The notes below the pieces were generated by a model. It ran no database searches, was not told the DNA's origin, and saw only the letters and a list, made by a program, of their open reading frames with translations. The position numbers were made by a program, and so were the translations under genes. A stretch of DNA of 63,611 nt, counting the filler, from Welwitschia mirabilis (Eukaryota): NCBI GenBank assembly GCA_051453625.1. It is 6 parts of one record of this genome, joined end to end, with 100 filler letters (N's around TTAATTAATTAA, not from the genome) between each part and the next. Parts side by side here need not be neighbours in the genome. Positions count along the whole stretch, not along the records: positions 33,124 to 50,810 come from JBOZIK010000001.1; positions 50,911 to 56,819 come from JBOZIK010000001.1; positions 56,920 to 59,863 come from JBOZIK010000001.1; positions 59,964 to 63,611 come from JBOZIK010000001.1; 2 more parts are not named here. One strand, given 5' to 3'. Each line of letters opens with the position of its first letter. Positions within the stretch are counted from its first letter, which is position 1. Positions 49,201 to 62,695 of the stretch are shown here, one piece after another.

Positions 49201-51377
49201 AGATTTTGGACTTTTACATAGTTGATAGATTTAGTCTTTTTACTCTTCTGATCAAAATTATTAGTTTTTAAATGGTCAAACTCAAGTTGATTATTATTAA
49301 AATCTTTCAAGTTGTCTACTTCAAATTGATCATCAAACAAAGTTTGCCATGAAGCATTGACCATCTTTCTTTAAGTGGATGATGTTATAGAAATAAACTT
49401 GGTTTAATCTCTTCTTTAACAACCAAACCATCACCTAAATCTTTTTCATCTACATAAATACTTTTACTATGGACTTTTAATTCCTTAAATGATATTACAT
49501 CATTCTTGTTCTGGTATCTATAATATAATGATCTATTACATAATAAGATCTTCCTAGAAGTAATGGATAATCACTGTTAATTTTAACTTTAATCATAACC
49601 ATATTTATAGGATAGAATGCTTCTTATATTTAAATAATTAAATCTTTAATCATAGCTAAAGATTTCTTAACTGATGTATCTGCTAATTCTAAGACAATCC
49701 TTATAAGCTCAATTCTACTTTCCAATCCAAATCTTTGACAAATGTGCAAAGGCATAAGACACTTACTCCTATATGAATCAAGGCCTTCTTTATTCTTCTA
49801 TTTCCTTCTAAAGTAACACTAATAGTTCTACCCTATGATCCTTAAATTTTAGACATTTCTATAGGTCTAAGTTATTTATGGATTGAGCTAGAAAGACTTT
49901 ACTAGGGATAGTTTATTTTTATTCCTCCTTATGAGATCTTTCCACAACCTAGAATATTTAGGATTCTATAGTAAATTTATTTTCACATTTTGTATTAAGG
50001 CTTTGAAATGTTTATTAAATATGGGATTAGTATTTAATCTATCAAGCCAAGGGGTAGTAGATTTTTTGCTTTTTTTAGAAGAATTTTACTTTTTATCATT
50101 TAAAGGAGAAGATAAATAATGATTTTCTAAAACTTCTATATCCTCTTCTTTCTCATAATTTTTATCACTTTGAGATGTTGAAGCCTTATGGGTAGGAGGT
50201 TTTATCTCATTTCCACTTTTTGTCAGCCACAAAGTTACAATTTTTCTTAATTCATTTGGGTTTAGTAGAGGTTGTATTACAAGTAATCCTTATGGTCTTT
50301 GATTAGCAAGCATGATTTATTGTAAAATACTCACAAGATTTTTAATGTTGAAATTTGTTTTCTCTTAGATTTTTTTAACTCATCAGAAAATTCCTAAGTG
50401 AATTACTTTGATTTTATGAGTTGGATAAGGTTGCTTGGTTATTAGAATTATTTGGTAGGAAATTTGCATTCTCAAATCTTTTTCTAAGTGGTTGTAAATT
50501 AGGATGATTTATTTAAAAGTTTTTGAAATTTGGTTGTCCATTCATCCTAGGTTAAAAATTGTATTGATTTGAATTTTGTTTTCATGTTGATTTTGATTTT
50601 AATTTTTAAAGTTTGAAAATCTTTAATTAAAAGCACATGCTTCTTCATAAATATTTTCTTTATAGGTTGGCAATAAAGGACAATCTTTCATTACATGATA
50701 GTTGTCTTCACATAAATTGCAAGTTGGAGCTACAACTACACTTTTTTTTGTTGTCACCTTTGCATCTAAGATAATTTGAGTGTATTTTTCTAAAGTTGTG
50801 ATGAAATCCTNNNNNNNNNNNNNNNNNNNNNNNNNNNNNNNNNNNNNNNNNNNNTTAATTAATTAANNNNNNNNNNNNNNNNNNNNNNNNNNNNNNNNNN
50901 NNNNNNNNNNAAAGGATCTTCATTTTTTTACCACTAAAAAGGGTAAATTTCTAACTTCAACATCGTCACCAAGAGATAAATCAAAAGAGGTTTGGATTTC
51001 ATAGTATTTATTAGATATTAGCTATCTAAGGGTGATATTAGCATTAGGATTTAAGGGCGTAATCATAGGAGTTCCAATAAAAATAAGTGAATTAGGTAAA
51101 ATGACCAATTTTTGCTTTTCTGATAAACTATACATATTTATAAAATGATTTTCTTCTGAACTATCTTCTGAACAATCTTTTGAAAAAAAAAAATTGCAAA
51201 ATTAGATTCTAAAATAATAAAAGTAGAAATTTCTTCTTGTAAAAATTTTGAAATACTTTGCATACATTTGGTATGTGTATCTGAGTTAAATTTAAAGTTA
51301 ATCAAATCTTCTTAGACATTTTTCTCAATGAATAACTACTTATTCTAATATTTTTCTTTCTTATCAAATTTTACCAT
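46229..51377 (-). pseudogene. gag-pol pseudogene of element E
   Basis: RT ORF 48469-48735 (KKCGKWRMCIDFTKLHEVTKKDHYPLSFLNQILDRI..NGYSSYNQ). Collinear with element A 1971-7460. Confidence 0.9.
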
Positions 51378-52064
51378 GCTCAGTTTTTATGTTCAGTGTG
51401 TAATTCGGATGATCTGTCTAGATAAGAAAAAATTAAAAAAACTAGTAAAATGAAAAATGCAGAAAAATAAAAGCATGAAATAGTAGAAACTGAAAACTTT
51501 AAAATAGACTGTCATCCTCTTGAGTCATCTAGATGACAGAGGGGGTGATAGGAAAATCCTAATTTTTAAGAAAAGTAAAAAACTTAAGGCACATAAGCTA
51601 TCATCACCATGCATCTTCTAGACGATGAAGCATATGACAGAGCATTTCTTTAGAATGCAAAATAAAAACTACAGAAAGAAAAACCTAAGCTACTATTATT
51701 ATATGTACAATGCTACTGCAGGTAAATATCTGAACTAATATTAAAACCCTCACTTGAGCAGCAACAATCCTCAAACTCTAAGTAGTTTCCCTCGGCAATG
51801 GTACCAAGATGTTATTGTGCTTATTTGTGTAAATAATTACACTCTTACAAAGATCGTATCATTTACAAATAAATATAGATTTTGCACAGCATGACACACT
51901 AAGGCGCAAGAGAGAAGAGTGAGAGTCAATTTCAAAAATAAAACACTTATATATATTAATAGCAAAAATAAATATAATGGAGAAAATGATAATGCAAATA
52001 TACTTATGTAAATGAATGCAAATCTAAGCTAAGTGCAATCCCTTATTACTACACTACAAGAGAT

Positions 52065-52345
52065 AGATGTTTTTAAGGCATTTACCAAAATAAATGCCTT
52101 AATAGTAGATACTTTCAAAGCTTGTTTTAAAAATAAACGCCTTAAACGCTATGGTGAACAAACTCTATAATCGTTTTAAGATATTTTTTAAAATAAATGC
52201 CTTAAAAGCCCATAATAGATGTTTTTAAGGCATTTATAAATTAACGCCTTAAATGTAGGCCATCATTTAAGGCGCTTAGCCGAATAAACTCCTTAAAAGC
52301 TGAAACCTTTTAAGCCACTTAAGTAAACAAATTCCTTAAGCCAAA
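52065..52345. repeat. CACTA subterminal direct/inverted repeats (TTTAAGGCRTTT / AAAYGCCTTAA)
   Basis: At least 8 copies in both orientations (~52070, 52091, 52135, 52195, 52222, 52243, 52266, 52286). Confidence 0.85.
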
Positions 52346-52599
52346 TCTATTAAAGTTAAAATAGCTATGCATCACCAAAAGCTAAAAACACTTGCGCCTT
52401 TCTTTCAAAAATAGAGCATGGGTAAAACATAATGCAAAGCAGGGCCACAAATTTGAACAGAACCACGAGCAGGATTATGACTTGGAGTAGAAACACAATT
52501 AAGAAGGACAAAGGAAAGAAGAACCAGTTGAATGCATTCCTTACATGCACTGAATTTTTGGCTAAAAGCAAAACCCTCTCCCAACGAGTACTAGTTCAG

Positions 52600-52825
52600 C
52601 CATAAGTCCCTCGCGTGTAGTGAAACCCTCATTCAACACACACTAATTTAGCCACAAGTCACTCGTTCGTTTTTCATTTGGAAGTCTTACATAGCACCCA
52701 TTAGTGCTTGCTTACACGTTTTTTCTTTGGAAGCCTTACGTAGTGCCAATCAGTCCTTGCTCACATGTTTTCCTTTGGAAGCCTTATGCAGTACCGGTAA
52801 GTCCTCGCTCATGCGTTTTTCATTA
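52600..52825 (+). repeat. ~48-bp tandem repeat (3-4 copies) inside the CACTA element
   Basis: gttttt(c/t)(a/c)tttggaagycttac.tag..cc...agtcct(c/t)gctca recurs. Confidence 0.75.
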
Positions 52826-53839
52826 ATTCATGATTCTCTTTAATTTCTTATAATGGAAAACTCTATGAATTTAGTAGTCATGGGTATGAAATTTCCTCCC
52901 TAGTTTAAAGAATCCGTGTTACTATAAAACCCTAATTTCATTTATTTTTTTTTTATTAAAAAATCTTTTCTTAATAAATCTTTGATTAATTTTAGAAATA
53001 CAGTTTGATATAATTTTTTAAATTAATGAAAACAAATCGATTTCAATAAGTCATAAGCTTGAACTTCAACATAAGAAAATTACAAATCCCTTTGGATGGA
53101 GCATAAGAGGGCACAGACATAGAACCTACATTGGTCTGACATTATTTTGGAAGATATTATTCTAGAAGATTCTAGTCATTAGAATATCATACTTGAGAAA
53201 AGAAGAACTTTAACATCTATTATCGATGACACACCCACACATACCATAAGACCTTTTGAAATGTAATCTTTAATACAACAACATAATCCTTGTTATACTC
53301 AAGAAAAGAAGAATTATCCATAGAAACAAAATGAATATTAAAAGAAAATTAATATTAAAATCCATAGTCATTTACAAAAATAAATACCAAATGAACAAGA
53401 ACTTTGATTAAAAAAACTACTTAGGTTATCTAGATTTCTCTCAAAAAACATCTGGAGGTTTGCAAGCTAAAAATAATTATTCCATATTAGTAACATGAAA
53501 TGAAGTATTTCCTTAAGTTTTCACTGGTATAAGCAAATAGAAATGCACAGGTCCATATTGCAGTTTGTATATGATATTTAAATTGAAACTCTAAACTATG
53601 TTTTGAATAATAAGAGTAGTAATGAATCACTAAAAAACATTCCATTTTATTTAGCATCGCATAATTACAAAAGAATGAATTGGCTAAAAACTCTACTTAT
53701 CTACAAAAAAAATCAACTTGAAAGGAAAGTATGTGCAAACGAAAAGATACTAAAAGTAAATTCACAGCAATATGATAGAAATATTAAATCCTTAAGTATG
53801 CAACACTAATCATCATTAATAATGCTCTATGTTAGTAAC

Positions 53840-54545
53840 TTGATCCAAACCCACCCATTATTTGAAGGCCATTACTTGTTCCCTTTTTATAAATAGCCCT
53901 TCAGCATGCCTTGTTGGTGTTGTCTTATTTTTATTCTTATAAAGAGTCTGGTGTCAATAAACAATTTGGATTCTTCCATGATGGACATTACTTTAAGAGC
54001 CCTTTCAAAGAAACCACCTCTGATAAAACTATAGAGAACTACATTTAGAAGATTTTGACTAAGCTTCAAAGGTTTAGCCCTAGTCTCTAAGCATGAAGAA
54101 GCTAGCCATTTCATGTTTGTCCACAACTCTGGTCTCTCCTTAAACATGCCCTTAGCTACCAAAAAACCACTTATTAAAGAATGAAAAGTTTGTGCATTAG
54201 GCTAATACCTGTGATCTTTCATCTTTTAATAAGATTTTTTTACATCCTCCATTAGCCTAGTTTTATAGAAGATATGAATGATTGAATTCCACTTATATAG
54301 ACGAATAGAAACTTCTTTGTTATCTTTCACTTCTGCTAGTAAAATAAGCATTAGCTTAGGTTTCCTTTTTTTTTTTTTTAAACTTCATCTGTCCTTAATT
54401 GATAGGTATTGCTCTCATTTTCTTGAGTAAAGGTAAGGCATATTTCATATCATTGTCTAACACCCTCAACTGAGCCACTACATTGTAAAAAATTGCATCA
54501 ATAGGAATACCTTATTTTTTTCAGCTATACTGATCTCATGTCAGT
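53840..54545 (-). pseudogene. Captured C-terminal fragment of a P-type PPR protein gene
   Basis: Minus strand reads GIPIDAIFYNVV..ALPLLKKM / KWNSIIHIFYKTRLMEDVKKSY*KMKDHRY*PNAQTFHSLISGF..ELWTNMK..LLNVVLYSFIRGGFFERALKVMSIMEESKLFID. From memory this resembles the Arabidopsis At1g03100-type PPR C-terminus (not searched). Confidence 0.8.
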
Positions 54546-55637
54546 GCTACTAAGGATAATCTATCTTATTGTAATTGCTTCCACTATGGCTATAGTTGGA
54601 CTATTCTTCTACTCATATGGCTTGACAGTGGTTGGAACTTGTATGGAGATTGACATTCCTCATATTATTGTTGTTATATTTATCCTAAATCTTTGTAAAA
54701 TATCCATTTTTTTTTGTCATAGTATTTTCAAGTTTATGTAATTCCTTTAGGGCTTGGACTAACATGGACATATGCCTTTTTTTTTTAACTAAAATTGACT
54801 TATAAAATTATGATGGTTATGATATGAAAGCATTGCATACTTAGTTGAGTTGTTAAAAACATATTTATACCATGCAACTGTATAGGACCAATAGTTTAAA
54901 GGCTCTTAAGACCATGAATTGGTTTAGATAACTTACCTATTTCAATGGGATTATCCAACATTCCATTTTAGAAGTTCACTATTAATTAAAGTGGCTTTTA
55001 TAATTGCATCTATTGATTCAGTTGGAGAATATCATGCAACATCTCTTTTAGTGGCATTTCTGAACCTAGAACTATATTAGAACCTTGAGATTATAAAATG
55101 GGAATACAACTTCTATAACAAATATGTAATTCTAGAAAATACTAATGATTCTAGCACTCTGCTAATGCTTTTGATGTCTAGCATTTGACTTCTTCAAGTT
55201 GTATATCAACATTTTGAGCTTGCAGGCTTTGCATTTTGGACTTATAATAGAAGAAGATCAGGAACATTACACAAATATTCGTGTCCTTTCTGCTAGGTTG
55301 AAAGTATAAATTTAGATCCTACATAGCATGAAAAAATTTACTGCCCTTCCTCTCCTTTGCATCGGTTAAGTTTAAGTGAAAATAGAAGGAAATATTGTAG
55401 AGGTTCTTCAAGCACTGAATATTGCTATCCTCTCAATCTCTTTTGCTCTATTTCTTTCATTTATTGATACATCTTCATTATGTTTAGAGTAGAAGAGCTA
55501 GCAAAATTAATAAGCACTATGTACTTATCTATGGCATTCCAAATGTGGGTTATTCAATGGTAACTTAGATTCCTAAAATAGAATAGCTAAGTTAGGATTA
55601 AAAAGGAGGAGTGAGAGTGTAGGAGATGGTTTACATA

Positions 55638-55865
55638 AACAAGATTAGTGAAGAGTCCATTTACAAAGCCAAATTCCCAGATAAAGACCTTATTAAGAAG
55701 CACACTAGGCCTGACATTCTATCAGTGGCAAATACCAAATCTAACACCAATGGCTTTCAGTTATTCATATGTACTGATAATACTAAATGACCTGATGGAA
55801 AATAACTCATGTATAGTGAAGGCCATTGAGGTTTTAGGTTCATTTGGAGGTTAAACCACTAAATT
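55638..55865 (+). pseudogene. Captured cyclophilin (peptidyl-prolyl isomerase) fragment
   Basis: [54 protein letters not shown] then IVKAIEVLGS. Aligns with the cyclophilin core [56 protein letters not shown]..VVKAIE. Confidence 0.88.
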
Positions 55866-56340
55866 TATCAAGCACATTAATACTTTACTACTTCAGAGTT
55901 CCTTATGCATTGTGTATGCAAAAATTATAATTCTATACATGACATCCTATACATTATGCAAATCATTACTAAAGATCAACTAAACTATACTACTTCAGAG
56001 TTCTTTATGCATTGTGTATGCATCTGCACATCTGCATGTGTGCTTATGTACACACGTCATGTATGCATGCATGTGTAGATGTGTCATCAAACTAATCCTA
56101 GGTTAAGGTTATCCATGATTAATTTAGCATTTGAAACATCTATCTTCCCTTATATTGTTTGGATTTCCTATAACTGTAATGGCTTTTTCTCTTTCCTCTT
56201 AATGTCTTTATTAAGATGTAAAGAAGGATGCATTTGTCATGTTCATCTATGGTAATTTACCTTGTGTTGAGACTATTACAAGAACACATCAAATGGAATC
56301 ATCATATCCATCATCGTCATCTGATAAATCCATTTATGCA

Positions 56341-56819
56341 AGGGACAAGAGATGGAAGTTTATGAATAGGTATTACATATCCAATTACATTGAAAGTTAT
56401 TCCTATAACTTCAAAAATATTACATAATTATTTGTCTAATATTACTATGTATAGGATATGGAAGGAGTATGAGAATGATGTAAATATGTTCATAGATTTT
56501 GTGATTAACAAATCATTCACTTTTCAAGGCATAATTTGTCCATGTTTGAAATGCTGTAACACCTGTTATCGATAATCAAATATTTGTTTTAAGCATCTTT
56601 TATGCAAATGCATGGATCTTACATACATAAGGTGGATTATGCATGGGGAAGAATCAGAAGAATACTATGACAAATGTAGAAGCCCAAATATAATACAAGA
56701 TGATTCTGTTTCCATGGTGAAATAAGCCTTTATGTTCTTTAACAATGGAAAGCAATCACATGAAGGAAAAAAAACACCATGGATTTCTCAAATTCTAATA
56801 ACTTCACTGGTGATGTGAA
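56341..56819 (+). pseudogene. 5' end of En/Spm TnpD-like transposase (transposase-associated domain), with an intron at 56370-56454
   Basis: Spliced reading DKRWKFMNR/IWKEYENDVNMFIDFV..IICPCLKCCN..KHLLCKCMDLTYIRWIMHGE. GT..AG intron with a CTAAT branch point. Confidence 0.85.
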
Positions 56820-56919
56820 NNNNNNNNNNNNNNNNNNNNNNNNNNNNNNNNNNNNNNNNNNNNTTAATTAATTAANNNNNNNNNNNNNNNNNNNNNNNNN
56901 NNNNNNNNNNNNNNNNNNN

Positions 56920-59863
56920 GCCTCTCTATATGCATGGTATCAGAAAACTCTCTTATCTCTGAAGCATAATATGAATCATGCTTATCTGTAATCCATCTGA
57001 ACCATAAATCTATCAACCTCTAATCTATCTCTAGCTCTATGCAGTGCATGAATCCTCTAAAATATCTTTCTATACAAGTACTAGCTATCTGAATAATCAA
57101 AGATCATCCATGTCGAGTTGGCGAATGTGTAGGCTCTGCACACTCTATCTCAGACTCGACCAAAGGGCTTACCTCCTATAGTATAGGCTTAATTATAGCC
57201 TCTGCCTATCTAGCTCCATGTGTACATGACCTACTCAATTGAAAACACAAAATCGTCATGCGAAAATAGATAGATAAGTCAAATCATTACATGGATGCAT
57301 AATAACAACCCCTAAAATCAATGAAAAACTAGGAAAAATACTTAAAATATGTCCCGTCCCCCCTAAAAAATTAATGCATCTTAAATTGCCTAAACGTAAG
57401 AGAAAAATGGAGAGAAATGGGAAAAGTATGAAAATTGGATGTTTAGTAGGCCCCACGTGAAGTGAAAATTTAAAGTGCTCAAATAAAAATCTAATCTAGA
57501 AAAGTCATAGAACACATCAATCTGGTCAATTTTTCCTAAAAGACCATTATGATTTGATCTATGATTTACGAGAAAATAATTGCAAAAAGTAAAAACCTAA
57601 GAATACCTCGTAACACACAAAAATGATCATAAATCAAAAAAATACATGATGAAAATCAAATCCATAAGTCCCAAAATGAAGAGCATGAAAAATGAATTAT
57701 ACACATGAAAACTTCGCATCGAAAAACTAAAAAACAAGAGAAAAAATAAATAATAGGAGGAGAGCGAAACATACTTCATTTTTACAAATTTGATAAAATC
57801 TTACAAATCTAGTAACAAAATCAAATGGGACAAGTCTTAAGATGTTTGTACTAGCCAGAGGGACCATCGTCTCTCAGAAGAATGGATGAAAATGATAAAA
57901 AAATAAGTAGAAATAAAGAAAAAGGGTTTAGGTCATGGTCTTATCGCACTGTCATCCAGTCGCATTGTCTAGATGACAGCCCTAAGATAACTATCAAAAA
58001 AAATCAAACCGTCATCCACCACAGTGGCGTCTGGATGGCCAGGTAGACAATAAGGCATCAAAAAGCTTTTCAAAAAGAAAAAGATTAGCCATGAAAGTTA
58101 GGCTCAGATATGATCATTTAAATGATGATTCTGAAAATAAAAAGACTAAAAGACAGAAAATCACACAAAAAACTAGGAAAAACTAGGAAAAACCAAAGAA
58201 AATAGACTATTTAAGTTGAAATCTGCAATTAAAAACTATATGAATGTGCCCAAATAGAACATGAAAACATGGTATTCTTAAAATTTGATAACCTATAAGG
58301 GAATTTATAAAGAGTCAGCAAAATTTTCAATGCATTTTTAGAAAAATGTTTTAGTATGATTTAATAGAAAAAAATACTAAATGATTAAAGTCCTATAAAG
58401 GAATAAAAAAATGCAAAAATTACTTTGAAACCCTAAACTCAAAGACTAAAGAAAATCAAAGTGAAAATGAACACAAGGAATAAGGAGGATATTATTTACC
58501 TATCCTAAGTGCTAACCTAGTAAACTCCCAAGGAAAACATTATAACATCACCTGAGTAAATATGCATAACAAAATGTATTAACTTCATAAAGTTCATTTG
58601 AAAAGGTAGTGGTTGTGGCAATAAGCAAAGCTTCACGTGTATAGAGCAATAAATGTTAAAACCAAAAGTTACTTAGAAATGAACTCACCTACTTTCATCC
58701 CACAAACTCATCTGAATCTCTATAAGTGAAATGATTAAGTGAAAATANNNNNNNNNNNNNNNNNNNNNNNNNNNNNNNNNNNNNNNNNNNNNNNNNNNNN
58801 NNNNNNNNNNNNNNNNNNNNNNNNNNNNNNNNNNNNNNNNNNNNNNNNNNNNNNNNNNNNNNNNNNNNNNNNNNNNNNNNNNNNNNNNNNNNNNNNNNNN
58901 NNNNNNNNNNNNNNNNNNNNNNNNNNNNNNNNNNNNNNNNNNNNNNNNNNNNNNNNNNNNNNNNNNNNNNNNNNNNNNNNNNNNNNNNNNNNNNNNNNNN
59001 NNNNNNNNNNNNNNNNNNNNNNNNNNNNNNNNNNNNNNNNNNNNNNNNNNNNNNNNNNNNNNNNNNNNNNNNNNNNNNNNNNNNNNNNNNNNNNNNNNNN
59101 NNNNNNNNNNNNNNNNNNNNNNNNNNNNNNNNNNNNNNNNNNNNNNNNNNNNNNNNNNNNNNNNNNNNNNNNNNNNNNNNNNNNNNNNNNNNNNNNNNNN
59201 NNNNNNNNNNNNNNNNNNNNNNNNNNNNNNNNNNNNNNNNNNNNNNNNNNNNNNNNNNNNNNNNNNNNNNNNNNNNNNNNNNNNNNNNNNNNNNNNNNNN
59301 NNNNNNNNNNNNNNNNNNNNNNNNNNNNNNNNNNNNNNNNNNNNNNNNNNNNNNNTTTTCCATAATGAGGGAAGTGCAACCACTATCAGAGGAGTAAGGA
59401 CTCATGAAGCATGACTTACTGATCCCACAATAGAGTTCCCATAACTATCAATACTACTAAAGGTTCCTTTCAAAAATATTTATCCCAGTGTGGTAGAACA
59501 TCATGGTAACCATGTATTTTTCTTTAAAGCATAAAATCAATTACTCATGGTCATTATTTTTTTTTTAAACTTCCCATGTGATCAAACACTCAAAAAAGAC
59601 AAAGACAGAATATAACACTCCCAAATAATCCAAGATTTTAACACCGTTTAAAAAAATACAAGAAAGTAAGGCATCTTCCTTTAAATGAAGTCCATAGACA
59701 TGGGAATGTCTCAAGATTGAGTGAATCCAATCTTACCACCTGTAAATGCCCAAGTATGAAATTAATCATGAAACTTCATAAAGTAATACACAAATCAAGT
59801 TTAAAAGATAATCAGGTAATATCATAATATTTAACCAAAGGAGTAGGCTAAGAAAAAACTTAG
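56920..59863 (-). mobile_element. Element F: pol-to-accessory-ORF region of an E-family Athila-like element, bounded by linker gaps
   Basis: Collinear with 43710-46235 (e.g. gggccccac..gaaaattt, aaggaatggatgaaaatgataaa, aaggcatctt). Confidence 0.85.
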
Positions 59864-59963
59864 NNNNNNNNNNNNNNNNNNNNNNNNNNNNNNNNNNNNN
59901 NNNNNNNTTAATTAATTAANNNNNNNNNNNNNNNNNNNNNNNNNNNNNNNNNNNNNNNNNNNN

Positions 59964-60950
59964 AGAAAAGTATATCACTAAGTTCTACATTCATCAAAAT
60001 GTTACTAAATTTTACAATCTTAGGCAAGTGCCTAATATGATCATAGCTTCTCATGAATGTAAATTTGTGGAACTATTAATATATGTATTACATACGCATC
60101 TTGATGAAGAAGCCAAAGCAAATCTTTTTATTAATAGTATTCTTCCTTCAGTTGCTACCAAGGTATCTATGTTTTAACTTACAAATTTAGCTGAGGCTAT
60201 ATAAAAAGCTAAAATAGCAGAGCAAAATTAGTAAAGATAAAAAGAAAATAAGAAATAAATTCCTCCTAAGGATTCTAGCTTTAAGGAAAATCAATCACAT
60301 GTGTATCATTGCAATAAGAATTAGAATTCTAATAGGAGTAACGTTTCTAATAATAATAGTAGAAATAAGAATTTCAACCAAAACAAACATGTGCAATTCA
60401 ATAGGAATTAGAATGTTCCCAATTAGACTCATGTGAGCAATCAACTACAAAGATTTAATTTCAAGTAGAATCATAGCCAAAGTCATTACTAAGATTAGTC
60501 TAATAATGGCTTTCAATGCTCCAATTGTAAAGGAAACCATAAGATTAAAGAATGTTCATTACTTACTAAGAGTCAATCTAGACAACAATCAGAAAAAATC
60601 CTCAAAGGATCACATACCATTCAATAACTAATTGGACAACTTTGAGTAGAAATATATAATCAAAGGGTGTAATTTCAGAACTCAGTCATAGAAGGTGGAA
60701 CTCGGTTGATCAACTATAAAGGGGCCGTAAGTAGTATTGGATCGACAAACTATTACTTTGCGGAATAAGGAGGTCCATCACATAAAGATAAAATGGAGAA
60801 ATCATAGTCTTGATGAAGCTACTTGAAGCTAGAAGAATCAATGAAAAATCAATACCCGTCTTTTTGGATCCCATAAAATGTATTACTATACTTTCAAATC
60901 ATTATGTATTTTGATTCCCAAGAGCGAATCCTTTGTAACTGGGAAAGTAT
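59964..60950 (+). mobile_element. Internally deleted chromovirus (Tekay/Del-like): gag with zinc knuckle joined to a chromodomain, then PPT-like tract
   Basis: CSNCKGNHKIKEC at 60517; QNSVIEG at ~60680; VVLDRQTITLRNKEVHHIKIKWRNHSLDEAT*..EESMKNQYPSF at ~60730-60865; AACTGGGAAAG before a putative LTR at ~60950. Confidence 0.75.
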
Positions 60951-61896
60951 ATTATAAATCACATTTTTTAAAATTTAATTAGAAACCATAATAACATGAT
61001 TATGAGAGTTTCTAAACTATATAATACATTTTGATGTCAATTTTAATTAAAATCCTTTTTTAGTAAGAATTAATGTATATTCCTACAATCACTAATGTAG
61101 TGTATTTCTTATGTTAAATATATATTTTGATTATAGATACTTATAACATTGATTAACTATTTAATCTTAGTTTTGAGTAATTTTATTATTTTAAGTTATA
61201 ATAATAATTATAAAAATTTTAATACTAAATAAACATTTTTATGATTAGATAAGTCATTTACATGGTTAAATAATTAAATTAAAAAATCCATATAAAGATG
61301 TAAAATAATGTCTAACAAAATGGCATGTGACATATTTATTTTAATCATTTATTTATGTGCCTTACAAATCTTAAAATAAACTAAAATTATTTGATAGAAG
61401 TGAAAGAATAATAAGTGAAAGTACTATGTTTAGATATGATAATTTCTTATATTCAATTATTACATTTTCTTACATTCCATTATGACATTTCTCTTACATT
61501 CAATTATAGCATTTCTTTTTTAAAATTTGTGTTGTTGATGTGATGGATCATTGACAAGGCAAAAATTTACATTACAAATAACATATTTTATTTATAGTTA
61601 GATGCTAAAAACATAGAATTACTATTTAGTTTACATAAATAATAGCAACTATCTTTCATGTTTAGACATTACTTTAGAATTATAATTTAGGATTACATAT
61701 TGACTATAGTATATTAGTAATTAACAAAAATAATATTATTGTTTTGCACTTTTATATATCCATGGATATAATGACAAGTGTTACAACAACTATTAATGAA
61801 GAATAGTACCACATGGAAAATGGAGGCAAAATCTGTTCTAACTATCCTAATTCATGTATTACATATGATAATGTACTTCTGTAATATAGGGGGAGC

Positions 61897-62695
61897 TGTT
61901 ATTTATTCTTGTACGAGTGTCATTCCTTTAACTATCTCAAGAATAGTATAAATACAACATAGAGCTACCATCATGAGATCTTTTTGGGGCATACTTTGCA
62001 TAACATCTAGGAATGGTAGCAAGTCTTAGGATCAACTTTGGAGTACTCTTCTTCATTTCAGCTATGACCTATAAAGGAAACACTATTTGTAATCAGTTAT
62101 TTATCATAGTAAAAGTATTGTATTTTTAAAAAGAATGTGTTTGTATTATGATTTTATTTTAGCATTTGCAATATATTTCAGAACTAAAAAGTTATCTATT
62201 GCAATGCTATTTTACTCTTATTACATGCTGAAAAGTGTTGTGAACTAATATATTACTTTAAAAAGTAATAATTTATCTTATCTTGCTCCTTATCTATTGC
62301 TGGATAAGTATTAGGATATAACAGTGACTAGAAATACATGCTGTCTAGCATTATTTTGTTACTGTTCTTATGTTACCAAACCCCCTAATCTTGTATTCTA
62401 TGTACATCCTTAGCTAGATAAGTTAATAAAGCACTCTGTTATTCTAATAACTAATCTTGACAAATGTTATAGAAGTAATAGTTCCTATAAGAATGTCATT
62501 TTTAGTGACCTGAATAATAAATTAGATAAAGTTAATACTTCAAAGTTAACTAGATCCTTGAAGGCCTTCCCTTAAATAAAATATATTATAGTAAGTTTTG
62601 TGAGATTAAGGTTACAATAACACATATTATTCCATATTTTTATCTAGATTTCTTGCATAAATTTGCATAAATAATCTTAATCCTAGGCCATATTA
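61897..62695 (+). repeat. Putative LTR flanked by a PPT-like tract and a non-Met PBS
   Basis: AGGGGGAGC then TGTTA at 61897; CTATAAAAGG at 62069; TGGCGCTAAAAAGAGG at 62698. Confidence 0.5.

Larger units (their letters stand above)
41004..52051 (-). mobile_element. Near-complete Athila-like element E with an env-position accessory ORF; 5' LTR interrupted by the CACTA element
   Basis: LTRs 41004-42244 and 51810-52051 align; PPT ~42245-42261; PBS 51788-51806 (TGGTACCATTGCCGAGGGA); gag-pol between them. Confidence 0.9.
52052..56819 (+). mobile_element. CACTA (En/Spm) DNA transposon, left part; right end not seen
   Basis: Starts CACTACAAGA exactly where LTR homology to ~41275 stops (expected TSD CTA). 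Has subterminal repeats and a downstream transposase-associated domain. Confidence 0.85.

Noticed and set aside
61088-61102. TGTAGTG as the right CACTA terminus
   Set aside because: Not CTTGTAGTG, no subterminal repeats, not followed by the CTA TSD, and separated by two linker gaps.
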